Assembly: GCF_009914755.1 (NCBI RefSeq)
Contig: NC_060926.1
Direction: 5' to 3' (one strand)
Length of the DNA stretch: 64,000 nt
DNA from: the human T2T-CHM13v2.0 reference genome, Homo sapiens
Part shown: piece by piece, positions 1 to 25,553 of the stretch
Layout of the letters: each line of letters starts with the position of its first letter
Position numbering within the stretch: position 1 is the first letter of the stretch
Notes under the pieces: model-generated
The model's database searches: none
What the model saw: the letters and a program-made list of their open reading frames with translations, nothing else
Told to the model about the DNA's origin: nothing
Made by a program: the position numbers and the translations under genes

Positions 1-1069
1 CAAAAGAAGGTAGGAAAGAAGAAAATGAAAGGACAATGGCACATATAGAAAATTAGTTATCAAGAAAATGTAAAATGTCCACCTCCCGAGTTTAAGTGAT
101 TCTTCCACCTCAGCCTCTGGAGTAGTTGGGATTATAGGCGCCACCACGCCTGGGTAATTTTTGTGGTTTTTTTGTTTGTTTGTTTGTTGTTGTTGGTTTG
201 TTTTGTTTTTTGTTTTTCTTTTTTGAGATGGAGTCTCACTCTGTCACCCAGGCTGGAGTGCAGTCGTGCGACCTTGGCACACCGCAACCTCCACCTCCCA
301 GGTTCAAGTGGTCAGGTCAGGTGCGGTGGCTCATGCCTATAATCTCAGCACTTTAGGAGGCCAAGGCAGGCAGGTTACTTGAGGCCAGGAGTTTGAAACC
401 AACCTGGCCAGCATGACAAAACCCCATCTCTACCAGAAATACAAAAATAGCTGGGCATGGTGGTGCATGCCTGTAGTCCCAGCTACTCCGGAGGCTACAG
501 CATGAGAACCGCTTGAACCTGAGGCGGAAGTTGCAGTGAGCCAAGATCCTGCCACTGTGCTCCAGCCTGGAAGACAGAGCAAGACTCTGTCTCAAAAAAA
601 TTAATAAAAATAAAAATAAATAAAAAGTAACATTGAATATCCAATAAAACAGCTAAAATTAAAAGGCTGAACATGTCAAGTGTTGGAGATAATGAAGAAA
701 TGGAATGCTGATAAATTTGCTAGTCTGCAAAATGGTACAGTTGCTTTGGAAACTAGCTTGGCAGTTTCCTATGAAGTTAAACACATATTATTATATAGCC
801 AAAAAAAACCCGCTTGGAGGTATCCAAAATAATGAAAACATATGTCCACCCAAGAACTTATGCATCAATGTTCACAGCAGTTTTATTCCCAATGGTCAAA
901 AACTGGAAAGATTCCAAATATCAAACAAGTGGTGAATAGATAAACAAACTGTAGTATACTAAACTACTGATACGTGTCACAACATGGATGACTAGCTAGG
1001 TATCCCAATAGTGATTTATTTACTGAGGTCAGAGTTTTTAAAAATATGCATTATGTGCATTTTTCACAT

Positions 1070-1193
1070 AATCATATATATATATACACACACATATATA
1101 CACACATATATATGTGTGTGTATATATATACACACACATATATATGTATATATATACACACATATATATGTATGTATATATATACACACATAC
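1070..1193. repeat. Compound (TA)n/(CA)n/(TG)n microsatellite
   Basis: Directly visible alternating dinucleotide tract. Confidence 0.9.
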
Positions 1194-1296
1194 AGATGTA
1201 AATATCTCGAAGGGTAATGACAGACTATTGAGAGTGGTTACCAGTCAGCAGTAGACTTACAGGTTGGGGTGAGAAGAAATCGCTTTTTATTGTATA

Positions 1297-2148
<852 letters not shown>

Positions 2149-3233
2149 CTATATTCTCTTTTGTGCCATTTGAATCATTTTTAGTCATGTAAGCATGTTA
2201 TCTTCATATTTTTTTAAAGAGCACTGAAGAAGCACTAGGCTTCTTCCTCGTGAAAGTGTTCAAGATGGTAAGAACTTCATAACTTGTTAAAGTTGTTATC
2301 TGATAGGCATATGCTTATTACATAAAAGTTGAACTAAATGGCCTCTAGGATCCCTTCTAGTTTAGTTCTACAATGACAGGATTTTAATGTCACTGGAAAA
2401 AAGCATTTCAAAAATGAGGGTGTGGTCCCCATGATGTAACACAAAAGAGGGGCCAGGGAAAAAGAAACCAAGCAACAGCCACTGGATGGACTAGTCACTA
2501 AAGATTACTAGTGACTCTGACAGTAATCTCTGGAGGATTAAACATCATTCAAAAAGTCTGTGAGGAAGATGGAATAGACTGTTAGTACCATTGATATATG
2601 GAGAAAGAGGGAAAAACAAGAGACTACAGTTATTGGAGCACAGAACTAAAGGAAATTATTTAATCTTACTGAATTACTGGCCAGGTGTGGTGGCTCACGT
2701 CTGTAATCCAAGTGCTTTGGGAGGCGGAGGCAGATGGATCACTTGAGGCCAGGAGTTCAAGACCAGCCTGGCCAACACGAGCAAAACCCCGTCTCTAGTA
2801 ACAATACAAAAATTGGCCGAGTGTGGTGGCACATGCCTATAATCATAGCTATTTGGGGGGCTGAGGCATGAGAATTGCTTGAACCTGGGAGGTGTAGGTT
2901 GAGTGAGCCGAGATTGCACCACTGCACTCCAGCCTGGGCAACAGAGTGAGCAAGACCCTGTCTCAAAAACAAACAAAATAAAAAACAACTTACTGAATTA
3001 CCTATGTTTGTATTTGTAATTTTCTTTCTAGTTACTCACCTCTTTCACCAGATTTACTTCCTATTTTTAAATACAAATTTCAATATGAATTACCAAACCC
3101 CTCCCCACAGACCCTTAGAAGCATAAGGTGTAATCTTGCATCAGGGAGGCAGCTGGCAGGACCACCCAAGGGCTCCCTAAACTCTGCCATTCACAGGAGT
3201 TCTATGCACCCACCACATTCTGCAGTGTGCTCA

Positions 3234-3650
<417 letters not shown>

Positions 3651-3653
3651 CTA

Positions 3654-3942
<289 letters not shown>

Positions 3943-4114
3943 TTCAATCCATCATCGACTTTTCACTTGAATCAACAGAAAAATTAATTCACGTTGGAGG
4001 TAAGTACAAACAGAAGTCTCTATCACAAGAGTCTATAAGCACTCCAAGTAGTTATTTTAAAATCATAGAAGCATTTAGAGTACAATATGGTATCTATTTA
4101 AAAGACATACTCAC

Positions 4115-4183
4115 TATCTGTTCATCATCTGATCCTTGTGAAGACATACAAGTTGTTTTCGTTGCCATGTGAGACTGAAAGAG
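4115..4183 (-). CDS. SEPTIN10: Septin-10 coding exon 2 (LFQSHMATKTTCMSSQGSDDEQI), 69 nt, phase 0/0
   Basis: On the minus strand, a polypyrimidine tract and AG acceptor (4185-4184) precede 23 codons that continue the exon 1 peptide in frame, followed by the donor GTGAGT (4114-4109). Later exons are outside the window. Confidence 0.92.
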
Positions 4184-4386
4184 CTAAAAAAGGAATACAA
4201 AGGCTTAAAAGGAAACAGAAACATTACTCCCCAAACCCCATTATCTGAATAATATATTTACATGAATAAGGTGTTATAATAATGTTGTTATCACCAAGTT
4301 TTGATGTGTAGTCTACATTATTGAATCGTGTTTGAAATTGTGGCTTTCTTGCTGGATAGGTATCTACATAAGTAAATTACATATAA

Positions 4387-4593
<207 letters not shown>

Positions 4594-5770
4594 TGAGTAG
4601 CTGGGATTACATGTGCACGCCACCATGCCTGGCTAATTTTTGTATTTTTAGCAGAGACGGGGTTTCACCATGTTGGTCAGGCTGGTCTCGAACTTCTGAC
4701 CTCGTGATTGGCCTGCCTCGGCCTCCCAGAGTGCTAGGATTACAGGCATGAGCCACCACGCCTGGCCTTTTCATTTTTAAAGATACTCTAAGAGCCAAGA
4801 AGTCCCTCAAAATCAGGTATGTTCCACTGCAGCGTGTCAGAGGAAATACAAATGTCAAGAATGCTACAATTGTGGTGTGGTGGGGAAAGCAGGGATTTTA
4901 TAATTTGAACAAGTACCTTAGTCACTAAAATAATCATTTATAGAACTCATATTACACGTCCATATCACTATGCTAGCTCATTAAGTTTATTTTCTTATTT
5001 AATCCTTACAATACATCTGAGCTATACATATTAACATTCCCACAGCCTAGATGAAAAAATTCAGATTCTGAAAGGTTGAGTAATTTACCCAAAATCATAC
5101 AAGCCAGTAGTGTATAGACACAGGTCTGATTTGACTGCCAAACTGGTGTTCCTTCTACTGCCTCAAGTTGTAAACCAAATGGATATTCACTGTTCGCAAC
5201 AGTAGAGAATGAGGGAAGAGAGGTACAAGAAAAACTGTACTAATTCCAAGGTACTGCTATCCTACTTCTGAATACAGCACAAGATAATGAGGAAATGTCA
5301 CATTATTTAAAAAACAATATTAATATGAATGTGGTAAAAAAAAAATTGCAAATGGTGTCAATGAGAATACAGTGCACAATTACTCCCTTCCCACTCTTGA
5401 TTCTCTAATAGCTCAGCGCTCTTCCCGAGAGGCACCAGACCCTTACGCATCCTTCCAGAGAGAGGCTGTGCATGTCTAAGCAGGCCTCCTTTGTTTATAT
5501 AAATGGTAGCTGTCTACTGCTCTGCACTGTGGTTTTTTTTTGCTGAATCTCTCCTGGAGACTGTTTCGCAGTAGTATTTAGATCTACCTCATTCTTTCTA
5601 CAGCACAGTGTTCTCCTCTGTATACTACAGTGTGGTGTATACATATCGACGCTCTTCATTGAGACTGTCCTCTCCTCTGCAATTACAATGAACCATGCTG
5701 CAACAAACGGCATTGCAATGAAAGAGAGAACCTGGGTGCTCCCACCACCTCACCGTGATCCTCTGTGCGG

Positions 5771-5825
5771 GCGCGTGCACGCATGCGCATGCACACACGC
5801 ACATGCACACACACACACATACACA
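5771..5825. repeat. 55-bp alternating purine-pyrimidine tract (GC/CA-rich)
   Basis: gcgcgtgcacgcatgcgcatgcacacacgcacatgcacacacacacacatacaca. Confidence 0.9.
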
Positions 5826-5956
5826 GTGAATAAATCTTACAGAGACAAAATAGTGTACATCGTGACTAAATTTCATATATGCTAACAACAATCTTTTGCT
5901 GGTACATTTTGATAAAATAGGCTGACCTTGTGACTGAACACTCCGAATAACAATGT

Positions 5957-10545
<4,589 letters not shown>

Positions 10546-11009
10546 TCAAGTGAAATTACCAAGAGTGAGCAAGATAAGGCAGCAGCAAGTTGGCCTCCAG
10601 TGTGCATGGCCTGTTTGCATATCCTCCGGAGGGTGTCAGTACAGCAAGGCTTAGGGTTGTCCAATCCCAGCAAAATAGCACCTCCATTATACCATCAAAC
10701 TCCAACAAATACATCAAAAGTTAAAGGATAACTGCAAATTCTACTTTTTAGTCTCAAAAGATCATCAAGATGGGGAAATTCTTGATAGCAGTTCATATAA
10801 AAGAGTTAAGAGTCTCAAGCTTAACAAAAGCTTGCACCATAACAATGACAGTTTAAAATACAAATGCAATCTTATTTTAAAATTACTCCTCCTAATTAGA
10901 AATTTATTATAGAAAAAATATCATTTCTAATTTGTGCTGTTTCAGTAACACTGCAATGAATGTTCCAATTTGTGCTATTTTACTAACACTACAACGAACT
11001 TCCTCTCAT

Positions 11010-11458
11010 GGCAGCCAAACAGGTGCGCCATTCTGATTCTCCCTTCAAGCAATACCTAGTCCTGTGGCCTACAAAGATTGCAGCTTGCTGACCGTCTCCA
11101 CCTGTAGAGCCTTTGGAATCTGCTGCAGTATAGACCCAAGACCACTTTCTCCCTAGGCAGCTGGTAGTTGAAGACTGGGCACAGTAGGGATGTCAGGGCT
11201 GCCTGGCCCAGACTTTGTCAGATCCACACGGTTCTGCAGCTCTCACTGCTCAATTGGGCTTCCTCCCTTCTTTCCTTGCACGGCTATTAAGATCTGGATC
11301 AGGGCCTGAAGGCTTTCTCCCCAGCACCCACATGTCCTGCTTTCTTCCCTCTTCAACTTTCACAGGCAATACTACCCCTGCCCCTCATCTCCAAGAAATC
11401 TCCTACACTGCTAGCTCCTCCTACATGTCTGCTTGCAGAATTCCACCCAACTCACCTG
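11010..11458 (+). mobile_element. LTR16-like ERVL LTR (degraded)
   Basis: The 3' part resembles LTR16 (AGGCCTGAAGGCTTTCTCC...TTTCACAGGC...TCTGCTTGCAGAATTCCACCCAACTCAC). Recalled similarity only. Confidence 0.4.
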
Positions 11459-11616
11459 TATAACCATCAATTATTCTGTGCATCTGACAATATCTTCATG
11501 ATAAATTCCTAGAATATAATTCCTGTTCCAAGCATACTGCCAAACTGCCCCTCAAAAAGACTGGACCTACCTGCTTATATTTCTAATATTAGCAATGAGT
11601 TGAAAAAAAAAAAAAA

Positions 11617-12440
11617 CCACAAACTGTTTTTCCTCTGCTCTCACACAACACAGGATAATTTTGTGACCAAATGTGGGAAGTTTTTTCCCACCCACCCACC
11701 AAGCAATCAGTTTTGTAGTAGACACTAGCTGGGTGCCCTCTAATTTAATTCTGACTTCTCTACTTGGCAATAGAGTGAGATCCCACAGACTGAGGGCTAG
11801 TCCCCAAGACTCTGCCCCATTCCCACTCCACCTCTGCTCATCGCCAGCCCCAGGTTATTTTCCAATGCTTCTAACAAATGGCTAGAAATCAGGGTCCCCA
11901 CAACCCCCATCTCGGGTTCAATTAATTTGTTCATTTGCTCCATTTACCAGTTTATTACAAAGAATATTTTAAAAGATACAAATAAACAGCCAGATAAAGA
12001 GATACAAAGCTCAACATGTGGAAGAGTCCCAAGCCCAGGGGCTTCTGTCCCCATGGAGGAGGGTATGCCACCCTCCCAACACATGGATGTGTGTAAGCCT
12101 CCATGTGTTTGGCCATCTGCAAGCTCTCTGAACCCAGTCCTTCTTGGTTCTTAAGGAGCCTCCATTATACAGGCATGGTTGATTAACCACTGGTCACTGG
12201 TATCAATTAACTTTCAGCCCCTCTCCCTTTCCTAGAGACTGGGGGATGAAACTGAAAGTCCCAACCCTCTAATCTTGCCTTGTTCTTTCTGGTGACCAGC
12301 CCCATCCTTAAGCTACCTAGGGGCTGCCAGCCACCAGTCATCTCATTAGCATACAAAAGACATCACTTTGGAAGTTTTAAGGATTTCAGCAGTTGTATGT
12401 CAGGGGTCAAAGACCAAATACATATTTCACAATAAACACA
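11617..12440 (-). mobile_element. MER21-family LTR
   Basis: The minus strand starts TGTGTTTATTGTGAAATATGTATTTGGTCTTTGACCCC and contains GATTAGAGGGTTGGGACTTTCAG and GGCACCCAGCTAGTGTC, matching the recalled MER21 consensus. Confidence 0.75.
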
Positions 12441-13435
12441 AGTGTATAAAAGGGTCCATTTCATTATATATTCATCAGTACAGGGTATTAACAATTTTTA
12501 AATTTCTGTCAATTTGACAGGCAAAACTAACATCTTAATTTAACTTCTAGTATTTTAAACATTTTTCAGCTTACTGGCCATTTCTCCTATATTTCCATAA
12601 ATCACCAATTCATGTTTTCCCACTTGCCTATCAGGGTACTCCTTCTTTGTTTCTCTTATTAGTAAGAGCTGCTGAGTATAACTCTTTGCTTGTCATGTGT
12701 ATCATAAATATCTTTTCCTGATTTATTACTGACCCTTCCAGTTTTCATAAAGACTAAACTATAAATCTTTTTCTTTACGGCTTCTTCCTTAAATATAAAG
12801 CTCAAAATATCTTTCTACACCCTGAAGTTAAAAAAAAAAAAAGCAACTAAATCTTCCTTTATGATGTCTTACAGATTAAGTTTTCTAATACTCTACAAGT
12901 TACTTTCTAGCACTGTATGAGTCAAGGAAATATGACTTTTTCCCAATGTTGTTAGCCTACCGCAGCATAAGAGGATTAAGGGACAGCAAAGTATATTCAG
13001 TCCGTCATATGGAAATGCGCTTCCCGAGGGAAAAACCAGGACCCATGAATAGACTAGTGAGGCAGATTTTGACACAAGGAAGGGAAATGACTGAAGGATT
13101 CAAGTTGTCTAACAGAGAAATGAGCTGCCTAGGAAGCACTGAGCTCAGACCCTGGAAGGGTTCCAACAGCGGCACAGTAACCCCTATCAATACTACAGAG
13201 CTGATTTCCGTACTAAGTGGGTAACAAAGGTAACAATTTTCTAAGATCCCTTTCAACTCAGATTTTATGACTATAACTTGGAACAAGCAATGAGAGAAAG
13301 TTTGTGATGTGAAGAATGAAAACAACTTACAGAAACTGCATGAACAGAAAGGGAGATTAAGGACAATAAAATTAAGATTAAGACAATAAAATTGCATCTT
13401 ATTGATGTGAAAAGACCCTGTGGAACTAAATCTCA

Positions 13436-22822
<9,387 letters not shown>

Positions 22823-24861
22823 ATCCAAGTTAAAATCACCATGAGGTGTCACTATATACCTATAAGAATGGCTAAATTAAAAATAAGGACACCACCAAAT
22901 GCTGGTAAGGATGTGCAGAAACTGGACCTCTCATACTTTCCTGGTAGGGATGCAAAATAATACAGCCATTCTGAGAAAGTCTGGCAGTTTCTTACAAAAC
23001 TAAGCATGCAACTACCATATGACCCAACAATTGTATTCCTGGGCATCTATCCCAAAGAACTGAAGACTTATGCTTACATTATGAGTTACTGTACATGAAT
23101 GTTTATAGCAGCTTTATTGCCAATAGCCAACAACTGAAAACAACCTAGATATCCTTCAAACTGTGGCACAATCATACCATGGAATACTACCCCAGCAAAC
23201 TGCAGATATATGCAACAACCTGGATGAATCTCCAGAACTTTGCTGAGTTGAAAAAAAAAAAATCCAATCTCAAAAGGTTACTAACTGGGTGATTCCATTA
23301 TATAAGTCTTGGAATGACAAAATTATAAGAATAAAAACGAATCACTGATTGTCTGGGGTTAAGAAGGAGGCAGGGCAGGAAAGAAGTGTGTGTGGTTATA
23401 AAAAGGCATTAAGGGATCCTCCTGGTCCTGGGAACATCCTTTATCTTCACTGTATCAATCAATGACAATATGCTGGTTGTGATATCGTACTATGGGTTTG
23501 CCAGATCTTATTGTGGAAAGGTGGATAAAGGGTACAGGGTTCTCACTATACTGTATTATTTCTTACAACTGCATATTAATCTACAATTAACGCAAAATAC
23601 AGTTTAATTCGAAAATAAGTAAAGTTAGCCTCAAAGCAAATTAAGTACAATTAAAAATAAATCTAACATCAGCTAAATGAAGTGTTCTCTTCTGCTCAAG
23701 CTTGTTTGGATACGTAATCTATGAATCAAAGAATTTATAAAACACATTTTCCTCACCAGGACCCCTCAATTTTCCCTCACTCACACATGCACACAAACAC
23801 AGCAACTGAGACAAGGGGGTCCAGACAGAAAATTTGAGATTTTTAAAAAATACGCGATAGAATGAAAAGAGACCTGGGCTGAATCAGGGAGAAAAATCTT
23901 TGTCCAGGTTCTATAAAACAAACCAACGGTGTCACTTTGGACGGATCCTCTAATCTCTCAGCCTGCAATCTGAACTGTTTCTACAATTTAAACTTCTCAT
24001 GTAGGAGGTTGCTTAGTAGAGTGGTTCTCAAACTTTTTGGTCTCCAGCCTCCAAAGAGCTTTTGTTTACACAGATGAAAACCACCAATGTTTACTATCAA
24101 AAATTAAAAGGGAGAATTTGTTTTTAAGAATACACAGGCATCGGGCCTCCAAACGGCGGTGAGATCACTCCATACCATGTAGCCTTTGGAAAACTCGATG
24201 TACACGACCTTGGTACTATTAACGAAAATAGTTGTAACCACACTTGGAAAACCGCTGGCTTACTAACAAGCGAGATAAATCTACAAAAGTAACTGGAAAG
24301 GTTCAAAACAGTGAACAAACGCGTTCTTTTAGAGTACAAAAGAGTCAAGGCGGGAAAAAAACGGTTTAAAATCCCAATGGAGGAAAACTTGGACGACCAC
24401 ACCATCGGATAAAACGGGAGAGCTTTTGAAAAGCCAGGGGAGCCGGGCTTTCTCCCGGCGGCAGGGAGGCTCGGAAGTGCTCACGGCTGCAAAAGATGAC
24501 CGCTATTCAATCAGTCCGCACTGCGCCTTCAACTCCGTTATAGCCGTAAGAGACCCACAAACACCGCTGTGGATGTAACTTTTGGCAAAGACCGGGAAGT
24601 CGTTCAAGAACTCTCCCACCGTCCCGACGCTGGCGCCGCGCCCCGCGAACCGGGGTCCGGCCGCGCCCAGGCTCCGCAGAGGCTCCTCTCCCGCCCCAGG
24701 CGCCCGGCCGCCGCGGAAGCCGGGGAGCACTGGGCGGGCGGGGCCGGAGGGGGCGCGGGTCACAATCCCGGGCCGGACCAGGGGGCCGGTGGGTCGAGGG
24801 CGGGAAGTCCCGCGGGGGCCGGGGAGCGCGGGGCTGGGGCCCCGGCGTCGGCGGGACTCAC

Positions 24862-24891
24862 CAGGTGCCGCGCCACCTCGGAGGAGGCCAT
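24862..24891 (-). CDS. SEPTIN10: Septin-10 coding exon 1 (MASSEVARHL)
   Basis: The minus strand reads gcgaccATGGCCTCCTCCGAGGTGGCGCGGCACCTG followed by the donor GTGAGT (24861-24856). The Kozak context is strong, and the peptide is the recognised N-terminus of human septin-10. Confidence 0.93.
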
Positions 24892-25553
24892 GGTCGCGGG
24901 CAGGGGCACGGTGAAGCGGCTGTATCAGCCCGGCCCCGAGCGGCTGGTCCCGGCGACGGCGGCGGGAAGGCCGGAGGGCAGAAGCAACGGGCGGGGCGCG
25001 AGGCTAGGCTGCCTCCGCGACGGGGAAGGGACAGGGGCGGGGCCGAGCTGGAGGCCTCCGGGGGCGGGGTTGGGGCGGACGCCCTGTGGTGCGCGCTGAG
25101 CGTTTTGCGTGCGCCAAGCGAGCCCCTCACAGGAGCTACCCTCGACGCCTGAGGACTGAGCGTCAGCGTTGGGGCGGGCTGAAGGAGAGCTGGGACTCCA
25201 GGAAGACGGCGCGAGGAATGCAGGCGGGAACTGCGGAGCAGTGATTGCGGCCCTCGCGAGGCCGGAAGTGGGCGGGCCTTGAGGCGAGGCCGCCCTAGGT
25301 AGGTGTGGCCGAGACAGCGGGGAGCGGAAGTGGGCGTGGCCTGGTGGCGTGGGCGCGGGGCGGGGGTGCGGGGGGCGTGTCCGCCCGGGCGCGGCCCAGT
25401 GAGGCGGTGGCCGAGTCCTCTGGCCTCAGACGCGTAGGCTGGCAGCCCGCTGAGCCCGCCAGACTCCGCCGCCGTCGGGAGCCGGCCGCTGGGAGCCCGT
25501 CGCTATGGGACCGCGCTGAGCCGCCCGCTGGCGGGGGAGCAGCGCGGTCGAGG
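24892..25553. promoter_or_regulatory. Bidirectional TATA-less promoter and 5'UTRs of SEPT10 (-) and SOWAHC (+)
   Basis: Divergent ATGs 662 bp apart. Contains GABP/ETS motifs CCGGAAGTG (25262-25270) and GCGGAAGTG (25324-25332), several GGGGCGGG GC boxes and the palindrome CCTCGCGAGG (25252-25261). The TSS positions cannot be read from sequence. Confidence 0.8.

Noticed and set aside
1011-1217. 68-aa ORF rich in Y/I/H/T
   Set aside because: Translation of a (TA)/(CA) microsatellite.
10924-11000. Diverged ~38-bp tandem duplication (aatttgtgct...taacact.caa.gaa)
   Set aside because: Real but old, two copies only, in degraded repeat-like sequence; no sign of function. The same applies to the 25-bp-period duplication at 47413-47456.
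24503-25152. Several 86-176-aa ORFs in the CpG island around SEPT10 exon 1
   Set aside because: Stop-poor GC-rich DNA giving G/A/R/P-rich peptides, mostly from non-ATG starts; no independent coding evidence.
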